A DNA stretch of 64,000 nucleotides. Origin: Micrococcales bacterium. Lineage in GTDB: Bacteria; Actinomycetota; Actinomycetes; Actinomycetales; Cellulomonadaceae. The notes under the pieces are model-generated. The model did no database searches and was not told the DNA's origin. It saw only the letters and a program-made list of their open reading frames with translations. Where the stretch lies: the NCBI GenBank assembly GCA_009777345.1, contig WRMB01000006.1:25286-89285 (forward strand), in the 5' to 3' direction. Within the stretch, counting starts at the first letter, position 1, and the number at the start of each line of letters is the position of its first letter. The position numbers were made by a program, and so were the translations under genes. Positions 20,712 to 30,500 of this stretch are shown here, piece after piece.

Positions 20712-21515
20712 GTGAAGGAGCTCGTCGCGGCGGTCGACCTGGGTCCGGGTGTCCGGGCCGGGTTCACCACACGGTCAGGTGGCGTCTCCGCGCCGCCGTG
20801 GGACTCGCTGAACCTCGCCGGGCACGTCGGTGACGACCCGGCCGCCGTCGCCGCCAACCGGGACGCGGTCGCCGCCTGGCTGGGCGTCCCGGTGGCCTAT
20901 GCCACCCAGGTGCACGGTGCGCACGTGCGGTGCGTCGCCGGGCCGCCGCCGCCGGGCACGCTGTCGGTCGGCGAGGCCGACGCCCTGGTCACCACCAGCA
21001 CTCAGGTCGGCCTGGGGGTGCTGGTGGCCGACTGTGCGCCGGTGCTGCTGGCCGACCCCCAGGCCGGGGTGGTGGCTGCCGCCCACGCCGGGCGGCCCGG
21101 CCTGGTCGCGGGCGTCGTGCAGGCCACGGTGGCCGCGATGCGCGACCTGGGTGCCCAGGTCGACCGCGTCGTGGCCGTGGTCGGTCCGTGCGTCGCGGGC
21201 CGTTCCTACGAGGTTCCCGCCTCGCTGCGCGACGACGTGGCCGCGGCCGTACCGGGCACCGGGTGCGTCACGGACTGGGGTACTCCCGGGGTGGACGTCG
21301 CCGCCGGGGTGCGAGGCGTCCTGGCTGGTCTGGGCGTGCGCCGGGTCGAGGTGGTCGGCACCGACACCTACCACGAGGGGTCGTTGTTCTCGTACCGGCG
21401 CGACGGTCCGGTGACCGGTCGGTTCGCCGGGCTGGTCCGCCTGCTGGGCCCGGGCGCCCTAGGGGGCTCCCCACCGTCACGCTTACGTGGCACAATCGCT
21501 GCCACCATGCCTTGA
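20712..21515 (+). CDS. pgeF: Peptidoglycan editing factor PgeF / YfiH (DUF152)
   Basis: FTTRSGGVS, LNLAGHVGD, QVHG, DALVT, LVADCAPVLL, AHAGR, SYRR, GRFAG. Directly after ftsZ. Confidence 0.9.
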   Translation: MKELVAAVDLGPGVRAGFTTRSGGVSAPPWDSLNLAGHVGDDPAAVAANRDAVAAWLGVPVAYATQVHGAHVRCVAGPPPPGTLSVGEADALVTTSTQVGLGVLVADCAPVLLADPQAGVVAAAHAGRPGLVAGVVQATVAAMRDLGAQVDRVVAVVGPCVAGRSYEVPASLRDDVAAAVPGTGCVTDWGTPGVDVAAGVRGVLAGLGVRRVEVVGTDTYHEGSLFSYRRDGPVTGRFAGLVRLLGPGALGGSPPSRLRGTIAATMP

Positions 21516-21588
21516 CTGCTGGCCACCTGTTCGGCCGACGACCGAGGTCCTGAGACAGTGTGACGAGCCGGACGTTATCCTGACCTGG

Positions 21589-23493
21589 ATGGTGATGGAC
21601 TGTATGAGCCTGCAGGTGGCCGACCTGGCTCCGGTTGTCGCGGTGCGACGGTTCGTCGACGGGACCTTGGTCTCAGGCATCTTCGAGCAGATGCTGCGTA
21701 CCGACGGTGCCCTCAAGGCGTACCTGTCGACCAAGGACGCGCCGCCCAGCGTCGGCGGCCCCTTGCTGACCTATCTGCGCGAGCTGGACTGGCTGCAGCC
21801 CAAGGACGTGCTGGAGGCCCAGCGCGTGCTCGTCAGGCTGCTGATCGCCGTCGGCGAGGACGTCGCGCCGACCGACCGCTACGAACGTCGCGCCCGCCTG
21901 TTCGACCAGCAGCTCATGCTGTGGTCCAGGGTGCAGCCGACCTGGCTCTCCATCCCCGCCACCTATTTCGCCACGCTGCTCGAGGAGTGCGAGCAGATGC
22001 CCGAGGACTCGCTCGAGAAGGCCATGAAGGCCAAGGTGAGATCTCTCTTCCGGTACCGGACCAGGCCCCCGGTCTGGTTGCACGACGAGACCTGGCCGGT
22101 GAACGCCAACGGCCCGCTGACCTTTGTCGAGCAGATCGACATCTCAGGGCCCTACGACACGTCGTACCGCTATGTGTTCCGCGACGAGACGAGCCACGAG
22201 AGGTACGAGCTGGCGCAGTCGACGGCCCGCTTCGAGCCGACGAGCAGCCCGTTGCCGGCCAGCGCCGCCATGGGGTCTGCGGCCAGCCTGGACCCGCTGG
22301 TGCCCGCCTCCGACGACGACGAACCGGTGCCGATGTCGGTGCTGGAGGCCCTGGCCGAGGCACTGGCGGGCCTCGACGACGAGCTGGACGGCGGTCTGCC
22401 CACGATCGATCCTGGGCCGCAGACCGATCCGATCCCGACCGTCCAGCAGCCGACGCAAGAGATGCCGTCGCCCGTGCAGCCCTGGGTCGACCCGGTGGCG
22501 CTGGGGGCCGACGACCCCACCAAGCCGGTCGTCCCGCCCCCGACCCGGTGGGGGCTGGAGCTGGACGACGGGCGCCGGGTCGAGCTCTGGTCGAGCTCGA
22601 TCGTCCTGGGACGCGAGCCGCAGGTGTCCGGCTCCGCCGTCCAGGGACTGACCGTCACCAGCGACGACCCGTCGACCCTGCTGAACACCCACGCCCGTCT
22701 CGACCTGATCGACGGGGTCTGGTGGGTCACCAACCTCAGCGCAGACGGTGGGGTGGAGGTCGTCGGTGCCAGAGGCAGTCACATAGCGGTCCCAGCGGGC
22801 CGGTCGGTACCGGTACGTACCCACCTCGGTCTCGGTCCGGTCGAGGCGCAGATCGTGCCCCTGCCCGGCCTCGGCCCGGCGCGGCCACCCCTGGGTGCGG
22901 CCGACCCGGACCCGGCCGACCCGGTCGACCCGGACCCGGTCGACGAGAGCACGGAGGAGCCGGTCAAGCGTTCTGGTCTCCGCGCCCGGCCGACGAGGCG
23001 CACCGCCTCGCTGCCGGTCGCGGCGAAGCCCTCGGCGGAGCCGCAGCCGACGACCGATCCCTGGGCCCCCCGGCCAGCACCCCCGCTGACCGCCAGGGTT
23101 CCGTCCGACGACGACCTGGAGGTGACCGTCGAGACCGACCCGTCGGCCTTCGAGCGGTGGACCCTGTCCCTCGGCGACGGCCGGGCCTTCGTGGTCCGGG
23201 CGCCGTCGGTGGTCGTCGGACGGCGTCCGTCGGTGTCGGCACCGGGCATGCAGGCCCTGGCGGTGGCCGACGCGACCCGCACCCTGTCGCGCACGCACGC
23301 TCGGCTCGACCTGGTCGAGGGCGTCTGGCGGGTCACCGACCTGGGGTCGACCAACGGCGTCGTCGTCACCGACGTCGACGGCAAGGAGGCGACGGCCGCA
23401 CCGGGCAGCCCGACCCCGGTGTACGGGTATGTCGCGTTCGGCTCGGTCGAGGCGAGGCTGGTCTCCGGACCGTCGGGACTGGGTGGTTCCTGA
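21589..23493 (+). CDS. Unknown N-terminal domain + Pro/acidic linker + two FHA domains
   Basis: FHA2 has G-R (VVVGRRP), SRTH and STNG. FHA1 is a degenerate copy (LGREP, LNTH, SADG). The roughly 210-aa N-terminal domain ends in PPVWLHDETWPVNANGPLTFVEQID...YVFRD. Start uncertain (21487 GTG, 21589 or 21604 ATG). Confidence 0.75.
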   Translation: MVMDCMSLQVADLAPVVAVRRFVDGTLVSGIFEQMLRTDGALKAYLSTKDAPPSVGGPLLTYLRELDWLQPKDVLEAQRVLVRLLIAVGEDVAPTDRYERRARLFDQQLMLWSRVQPTWLSIPATYFATLLEECEQMPEDSLEKAMKAKVRSLFRYRTRPPVWLHDETWPVNANGPLTFVEQIDISGPYDTSYRYVFRDETSHERYELAQSTARFEPTSSPLPASAAMGSAASLDPLVPASDDDEPVPMSVLEALAEALAGLDDELDGGLPTIDPGPQTDPIPTVQQPTQEMPSPVQPWVDPVALGADDPTKPVVPPPTRWGLELDDGRRVELWSSSIVLGREPQVSGSAVQGLTVTSDDPSTLLNTHARLDLIDGVWWVTNLSADGGVEVVGARGSHIAVPAGRSVPVRTHLGLGPVEAQIVPLPGLGPARPPLGAADPDPADPVDPDPVDESTEEPVKRSGLRARPTRRTASLPVAAKPSAEPQPTTDPWAPRPAPPLTARVPSDDDLEVTVETDPSAFERWTLSLGDGRAFVVRAPSVVVGRRPSVSAPGMQALAVADATRTLSRTHARLDLVEGVWRVTDLGSTNGVVVTDVDGKEATAAPGSPTPVYGYVAFGSVEARLVSGPSGLGGS

Positions 23494-23714
23494 CCGGATA
23501 CCGTCCGGCGGGGCTTTCCTGGTGATCTGTCGCATATGCCCCAGATGCTGCTGTTCATGGCAATCGGGTGCCGACCTGTGAAGGACCGGCGTGCCGGGCG
23601 TGTCGCGACCGCCCTCGTCGTAGCGGTTGCTAGCGTGAGGCGTGGTAGGACGAGAAGGCGGCGTTACCACGCCGCGGAGTCAGTCCCGGGACCACCGGGG
23701 GACGGAGTAGAGCG

Positions 23715-24170
23715 ATGGCCGGTGCGCTGCGCAAGACGATGCTGTACCTGGGCCTGGCCGACGCCCGGCCCGAGGACGAGGACTACCTCGACGAGGAGTA
23801 CCCGATGGACGAGCCTGACGCGCAGGTGACGCCGCTGCGCCGCCCGGTCCGGGTGGCCCCGGACCTCGACGACGGACTGGGTGAGGTTCGCCGGATCACC
23901 ACGATTCACCCGCGGTCGTACAACGACGCCCGCCGGATCGGTGAGGCGTTCCGCGACGGTACCCCGGTGATCATCAACCTCACGGACATGGACGACGGGG
24001 ACGCCAAGCGTCTGGTCGACTTCTCCGCCGGCCTGATCTTCGGGCTGCGCGGGGCGATCGAGCGGGTGACTTCCAAGGTCTTCCTGCTGTCCCCGGCCAA
24101 CGTCGAGATCAGCTCCGGCCCGCGGACCGACGAGGTCGCGGTGCGCGCCGGCTTCTTCAACCAGAGCTGA
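23715..24170 (+). CDS. sepF: Cell division protein SepF
   Basis: [54 protein letters not shown]. Confidence 0.96.
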   Translation: MAGALRKTMLYLGLADARPEDEDYLDEEYPMDEPDAQVTPLRRPVRVAPDLDDGLGEVRRITTIHPRSYNDARRIGEAFRDGTPVIINLTDMDDGDAKRLVDFSAGLIFGLRGAIERVTSKVFLLSPANVEISSGPRTDEVAVRAGFFNQS

Positions 24171-24171
24171 C

Positions 24172-24465
24172 GTGAACATCGTCTTCTCGCTGCTGTACGT
24201 GGTCACGCTGGTCTACGTGCTGATCATGTTCATGCGCCTGATCCTGGACTGGGTGCAGGTCTTCTCCCGCCAGTGGCGCCCGACGGGTCCGCTGCTCGTC
24301 GTCGCCGAGGTCGTGTACACGGCGACCGACCCGCCGCTGAAGGCGCTGCGCAAGGTGCTGCCGCCGATAGGGTTCGGCCAGATCCGGTTCGACCTGGCCT
24401 TCCTGGTGCTGATGCTGGGCTGCTTCGTCCTGCTCAACGTCTTCGCGTGGCTGGCGCGGCCCTGA
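24172..24465 (+). CDS. yggT: YggT family membrane protein
   Basis: Hydrophobic protein with TATDPPLKALRKVLPP...FDLAFLV; follows sepF. Confidence 0.9.
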   Translation: MNIVFSLLYVVTLVYVLIMFMRLILDWVQVFSRQWRPTGPLLVVAEVVYTATDPPLKALRKVLPPIGFGQIRFDLAFLVLMLGCFVLLNVFAWLARP

Positions 24466-24683
24466 GCCCCGGTCGGCCGGTCTCCGCCTGCTGTGCCTCA
24501 CCAGGCGGACGAGCGGCGCTGAGGCGGATCGGCGCTGAGATGCGCCCTGACCGTCTGCCCTTGTCAGAGACACGACGCGCCGTCCCAGGTTCCCATGTGG
24601 CGATTGTCCGCTACGGTGGCAGTCGGACATCCGGTGGAGGGACCGCCGGACACACCAGCACTAGGCGAGGAAGGTGAGTCACC

Positions 24684-25334
24684 ATGGCTCTGCTGACCGC
24701 AGACGACGTCCTGAACAAGAAGTTCCAGTCGACGAAGTTCCGCGAGGGCTACGACCAGGACGAGGTTGACGACTTCCTCGACGAGGTCGTCGCCACCCTG
24801 CGCGAGGTGCACGGCGGCGGCGGAGGTGACTCCGGCCCGGCCGTGCACGCGCTGCAGGCCGAGAACGAGGACCTGACGGTCCGGCTCGCCAACGCCGAAC
24901 GGCGGATCAACGAGCTGGAGTCCGCGGTGGAGTCCGGCGGCCGCTTCGGCTTCAGCCCGTCGACCCCGGCTGTGGAGTCGGCGCTGCGCGGCGGCGGCGA
25001 CGACACGGCACCGGAGTCGGCGCAGGGGCTGCTCGCGATGGCCCAGAAGGTCCACGACGACTACGTCACCTCCGGCAAGCAGGAGGGTGACCGGCTGGTC
25101 GCCGAGGCCCGGGTCCGGGCCGACCAGATCGTCAGCGAGGCCGAAGAGAGCTCCCAGCGCACCCTCGGTCAGCTCGAGCAGGAACGGTCGCTGCTGGAGC
25201 GCAAGATCGACGAGCTGCGGGTCTTCGAGCGCGACTACCGCACCCGCCTGAAGAGCTATCTGGAGAACCTGCTGGGCGACCTCGACTCGCGCGGCAGCGC
25301 TCTGCCTGCCGGTTCCGAGAGCCGCAGCCTGTAG
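24684..25334 (+). CDS. divIVA: Polar growth protein DivIVA/Wag31
   Basis: LTADDVLNKKF...REGYDQDEVDDFLD, coiled coils, FERDYRTRLKSYLE. Confidence 0.95.
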   Translation: MALLTADDVLNKKFQSTKFREGYDQDEVDDFLDEVVATLREVHGGGGGDSGPAVHALQAENEDLTVRLANAERRINELESAVESGGRFGFSPSTPAVESALRGGGDDTAPESAQGLLAMAQKVHDDYVTSGKQEGDRLVAEARVRADQIVSEAEESSQRTLGQLEQERSLLERKIDELRVFERDYRTRLKSYLENLLGDLDSRGSALPAGSESRSL

Positions 25335-25344
25335 CCTGCTCGGC

Positions 25345-25396
25345 ACGACAAGGTCCCGCCGCGTGGGTCACCCACCTACCGGCGGGACCTTGTCGT
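25345..25396 (+). terminator. Strong hairpin after divIVA (likely intrinsic terminator)
   Basis: Perfect 17-bp inverted repeat ACGACAAGGTCCCGCCG/CGGCGGGACCTTGTCGT enclosing an inner GTGGG-TCA-CCCAC hairpin. Confidence 0.7.
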
Positions 25397-25479
25397 CGGT
25401 CCGTCTTGCCGCGTGTCGGGTTGTTCCGCGCGATCAGGCCGCATACAGTCGCGGGACTTCGAGCAAGGGAGCCCCCATC

Positions 25480-25893
25480 ATGTCTGATGCGCCTGGGATG
25501 GCGACCTTCCCCGTCCGTGACGGTGAAGACCCCTGGAGCCCGGCCGAGGTGGAGGGCTTGACCACGGACCTGCAGGCCGAGGTGGCCCGCCTGACGGCCG
25601 AGCTCGAGGTCGCCGACGCGGACCTCACCGAGCTGCTGCGCAACTCTGGTGACGGTGCCGGGGACGACCAGGCCGACTCCGGTTCGTCCGCCCTGGAGCG
25701 CGAGCAGGAGCTCACCCTGGTGAACAACACCCGCGACCTGCTGCTGCAGAGCGAACGCGCCCTGGACCGGATCACCGCGGGCACCTACGGGGTGTGCGAG
25801 TCGTGCGGCAACGCCATCGGCAAGGCCCGTCTGCTCGCCTTCCCGCGGGCGCTGCTGTGCGTGGAGTGCAAGCAGCGCGAAGAACGACGCTAG
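25480..25893 (+). CDS. TraR/DksA family zinc-finger protein
   Basis: DDQAD acidic tip, GTYGVCESCGNAIGKARL...LCVECK (C4 finger). Confidence 0.9.
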   Translation: MSDAPGMATFPVRDGEDPWSPAEVEGLTTDLQAEVARLTAELEVADADLTELLRNSGDGAGDDQADSGSSALEREQELTLVNNTRDLLLQSERALDRITAGTYGVCESCGNAIGKARLLAFPRALLCVECKQREERR

Positions 25894-25903
25894 ACTCCCC
25901 GCC

Positions 25904-26467
25904 GTGTCCGACGAACCGGCGGCCGAGCCGCAGACAGCCGTCCGGGTGTCCCGACGGGCCGTCGTGGTGGTGGTCGCGGTCGTCGTGCTCCTGGTCGACC
26001 AGCTGACCAAGGTGTGGGCGCTGTCCGCGCTGGACGCCACCCCGCGCCGGGCGCTGGTCGGGGACCTGCTCGGTCTGGAGCTGACCCGCAACGCGGGGGC
26101 GGCGCTGTCCATCGGCACCCGGATGACCTGGGTGCTGACGCTGGCGGCGGTCGTCGTGGTGGTGGTCGTGGTGCGCACGGCGCGTCGTGTGGCGTCGAAC
26201 GTCTGGGCGGTGACGTTCGGGCTGCTGCTCGGCGGTGCGCTGGGCAACCTCGGCGACCGGCTGTTCCGCGAGCCGGGGCCGTTGCGTGGTCATGTCGTGG
26301 ACTTCATCGCCTACGGGGACTGGTTCATCGGCAACGTCGCGGACATCGCCATCGTCGTCGCGGCCGGTCTGGTGATACTGCTGGTCGTCCGGGGCGTGCA
26401 GCTGGACGGTACCCGCGAGGTCCGTCGCCGGGCCGCGCACCGGGCTGAGCCCCGTGACGATGGCTGA
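25904..26467 (+). CDS. lspA: Lipoprotein signal peptidase
   Basis: [30 protein letters not shown]. Confidence 0.95.
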   Translation: MSDEPAAEPQTAVRVSRRAVVVVVAVVVLLVDQLTKVWALSALDATPRRALVGDLLGLELTRNAGAALSIGTRMTWVLTLAAVVVVVVVVRTARRVASNVWAVTFGLLLGGALGNLGDRLFREPGPLRGHVVDFIAYGDWFIGNVADIAIVVAAGLVILLVVRGVQLDGTREVRRRAAHRAEPRDDG

Positions 26468-26475
26468 ACGACGCT

Positions 26476-27432
26476 GTGCCCGGTGGGCGGGTGCTGCCGG
26501 TGCCTGACAGGCGGGTGCTGCCGGTGCCTGACGGGCTGGCTGGTGAGCGCGTGGACACCGGTCTGGCCCGGTTGCTCGGGCTGTCGCGGGCCCGCGCCGC
26601 CGGGCTGGCCACCGACGGTGGGGTGACGGTGGACGGGCGCACCGTCGGCAAGTCTGACCGGCTGGTTGCCGGGACCTGGTTGGAGGTCGTCCTGCCCGAT
26701 CCGCCCGAGGCGGCGCCCGCCGAGCCGGTCCCGGCGGCTGTGCCGGGGCTGGCGCTGGTGCACGAGGACGACGACCTCGTCGTGGTCGACAAGCCGGTCG
26801 GGGTGGCGGCGCACCCGTCGCCGGGCTGGACCGGGCCGACCGTCGTCAGCGGGCTGGCCGCCGCGGGGGTGCAGGTGGCCCGGTCCGGGCCCGCGGAACG
26901 GCAGGGCGTCGTGCACCGGCTCGACGTGGGCACGTCGGGGCTGATGGTCGTGGCCAAGTCACCCCGGGCCTACGCGACCCTGAAACGGGCCTTCGCCGCC
27001 CGGACCGTGGACAAGGTGTACCTGGCCCTGGCCCAGGGGTACCCCGACCCCACGTCCGGCACCATCGACGCGCCGATCGGTCGTCATCCCGGCAACGACT
27101 GGAAGTTTGCCGTGGTGGCCGACGGCAAGCCGTCGGTGACGCACTACCGGCTGCTGGAGGCCGTGCCGTCAGCGTCGCTGCTGGAGGTGGACCTGGAGAC
27201 CGGCCGCACCCACCAGATCCGGGTGCACCTGGCCGCGGTGCGCCACCCGCTGGTCGGCGACCTCACCTACGGTGCCGACCCGGTGCTGGCCCAGCGCCTG
27301 GGCCTGACCCGGCAGTGGCTGCACGCCGCCCGCCTGGGTTTCACCCACCCCGGCACCGGTCAGCGGCTGGAGCTGGTCAGCGACCCGCCGGAGGACCTGG
27401 CACAGGCCCTGACGACGCTGCGCGAGACATGA
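26476..27432 (+). CDS. rluD: RluA/RluD family 23S rRNA pseudouridine synthase
   Basis: S4-like N-terminus, [15 protein letters not shown] catalytic motif, [13 protein letters not shown]. Start may be GTG 26500. Confidence 0.9.
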   Translation: MPGGRVLPVPDRRVLPVPDGLAGERVDTGLARLLGLSRARAAGLATDGGVTVDGRTVGKSDRLVAGTWLEVVLPDPPEAAPAEPVPAAVPGLALVHEDDDLVVVDKPVGVAAHPSPGWTGPTVVSGLAAAGVQVARSGPAERQGVVHRLDVGTSGLMVVAKSPRAYATLKRAFAARTVDKVYLALAQGYPDPTSGTIDAPIGRHPGNDWKFAVVADGKPSVTHYRLLEAVPSASLLEVDLETGRTHQIRVHLAAVRHPLVGDLTYGADPVLAQRLGLTRQWLHAARLGFTHPGTGQRLELVSDPPEDLAQALTTLRET

Positions 27433-27501
27433 GCCTGTCCCGGGCTCGTCCTGTCCCTGCGCTGTCCCTGTCCTCGGGGCTGGCACCAGTAGGATCGCCT
27501 C

Positions 27502-30500
27502 ATGGCGGCCCCTGACGAACCTCACGACCACGCAGCGGTGCCGGGCACAGCGTCGGTGCCGGACACAGCGTCGTCGGACGGCTTCGTCCACCTGCACTGT
27601 CACTCCGACTACTCGATGCTCGACGGTGCTGCCCGGGTGAAAGACATGCTGACCGAGGCCCAGCGGCTGGGGCAGCCTGCGATGGCGCTGACCGACCACG
27701 GGTACCTGTTCGGCGCCTACGACTTCTGGGCCACCGCCCGGGACCTGGGCGTCAAGCCGATCATCGGCCTGGAGGCGTACGTCACCCCGGGCACCTCCCG
27801 CTTCGACCGGACCAAGGTGCGTTGGGGCGACCCGTCGCAGAAGGACGACGATGTCTCCGCCAGCGGCGCGTACACGCATATGACCCTGCTGTCGCGGACC
27901 ACCGCGGGGATGCACAACCTGTTCCGGCTGGGCTCCCTGGCGTCCCTCGACGGTCAGATGGGCAAGTGGCCCCGCATGGACCGCGAGCTGCTCGACCGCT
28001 ACCACGACGGGCTGATCGCCACGACTGGCTGCCCCTCGGGGGAGGTGCAGACCCGGCTGCGCCTGGGCCAGTACGACGAGGCGCTGCGCGCCGCGGGCGA
28101 GCTGCAGGACCTCTTCGGCTCCGACGCGTTCTACGTCGAGCTGATGGACCACGGCCTGGACATCGAGCAGCGCGTCATCAAGGACCTGCTGCGCCTGGCC
28201 GAGGCCATCGGCGCGCCGCTGCTGGCGACCAACGACCTGCACTACGCACACGAGTCCGACGCCCACGCCCACGAGGCGTTACTAGCGGTCCAGTCCGGGT
28301 CGACCCTGGACGAACCCACCTACGAGCAGGGCGGCAACCGTTTCGCGTTCTCCGGGTCGGGCTACTACGTCAAGCCCGCCGCGGCGATGCGCCGCACCTG
28401 GGCCGAGCTGCCTTCAGCCTGCGACAACACGCTGCTCGTGGCCGAGCAGTGCGAGGTCGACTTCCCGTCCGGCGCCAACTACATGCCCCGCTACGCCGTG
28501 CCGGCGGGCGAGGACGAGAACTCCTGGTTCGTCAAAGAGGTGGAACGGGGGCTGCACGGCCGCTACCGGGGCCAGGTTCCCGACGACGTGCACACCCGGG
28601 CCCAGTACGAGGTCGAGACCATTACCTCGCTGGGTTTCGCCGGGTACTTCCTGGTCGTCGCGGACTTCATCGGCTGGGCCAAGCAGCAGGGCATCCGGGT
28701 GGGACCGGGGCGTGGTTCGGCCGCCGGGTCGATGGTGTCGTACGCCATGGGTATCACCGAGCTCGACCCGATCCGGCACGGACTGATCTTCGAACGCTTC
28801 CTCAACCCGGAGCGGGTCAGCTGGCCGGATATCGACGTGGACTTCGACGAGCGTCGACGCGGCGAGGTGATCCGGTACGTCACCGACAAGTACGGCGACG
28901 ACCGGGTGGCCCAGATCGTCACCTACGGCACCATCAAGGCCAAGCAGGCACTCAAGGACTCGTCCCGGGTGCTCGGCTTCCCCTTCGCCATGGGGGAGAA
29001 GCTGACCAAAGCCATGCCGCCGTCGGTGATGGGCAAGGACATCCCGCTGTCGGGTATCGAGGACCCCGAGCACCCCCGCTACGCGGAGGCCGAGGAGTTC
29101 CGCCAGGTGGTCGCCGCCGACCCGGAGGCGCAGCGGGTGGTCGAGACCGCGCGCGGGCTGGAAGGCCTGAAACGGCAGTGGGGGGTGCACGCCGCGGGCG
29201 TCATCATGTCGTGCGACCCGCTGGTCGACATCATCCCCATCATGAAGCGCCCCCAGGACGGCGCGACCATCACCCAGTTCGACTACCCCACGTGCGAGGG
29301 GCTCGGACTGATCAAGATGGACTTCCTGGGGCTGCGCAACCTGACGATCATCGACGACGCCCTGGCGAATATCGTCGCGAACGGCAAGGTCGCGCTGGAC
29401 CTGGAATCCCTGGAGCTGGACGACGGGGCCACCTACGAGCTCCTGGCCCGCGGCGACACCCTGGGCGTGTTCCAGCTCGACGGCGGGCCGATGCGGTCCC
29501 TGCTGCGGCAGATGCGACCGGACAGCTTCGAGGATATCTCCGCGGTGCTGGCGCTGTACCGGCCCGGTCCCATGGGTGTGGGTTCGCACACCAACTACGC
29601 GCTGCGCAAGAACAACCTGCAGAAGATCGAGCCGATCCACCCCGAGCTGGAAGCGCCTCTGCGTGAGGTGCTGGAGCCGACCTACGGTCTCATCGTCTAC
29701 CAGGAGCAGGTCCAGTGGGCCGCGCAGATCCTCGCGGGGTACAGCCTGGGCCAGGCCGACCTGCTGCGCCGGGCCATGGGCAAGAAGAAGAAAGAGATCC
29801 TGGACTCCGAGTTCGTCCCCTTCGCCGCGGGCTGCCGTGAACGGGGCTACTCCGACGCGGCGATCAGCGCGGTCTGGGACGTGCTGGTCCCGTTCGCCGG
29901 CTACGCCTTCAACAAGGCGCACACCGCCGGGTACGGGCTGGTCTCGTACTGGACGGCGTACCTCAAGGCCAACTACGCCACGGAGTACATGGCGGCGCTG
30001 CTGACCTCGGTCCGCGACGACAAGGACAAGTCGGCGCTGTACCTCAACGAGTGCCGCCGCATGGGTATCAAGGTGCTGCCGCCGGACGTCAACGCGTCGT
30101 CGGCGTTGTTCACCGCCGTCGGTGACGATATCCGGTTCGGGCTGACCGCCGTGCGCAACGTCGGCGCCGGAGTGGTCGACGATATCGTCACCGCCCGGCG
30201 CGACGCTGGCGCGTTCACGTCGTTCACCGACTTCCTGGACAAGGTGCCCGCCGCGGTGTGCAACAAACGGACCATCGAGTCGTTGATCAAAGCGGGCGCG
30301 TTCGACTCGTTGCACCCCAGTCGCCGGGCCCTGCTGCTGGTCCACGAGCAGGCGGTGGACGCGGTCATCGGGGTGAAGCGCAAGGAGGCCGAGGGCCAGT
30401 TCGACCTGTTCGCCGACGTGTTCGGTGCCGCCGACGACGCGACGTTCACCGTGGCCGTCCCGGACGTGTCGGACTGGGACAAGAAGCAGCGTCTGGCCTT

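Noticed and set aside
27433-27480. Repeated CTGTCCC heptamers between rluD and dnaE
   Set aside because: Short, irregularly spaced and plausible by chance in GC-rich DNA.
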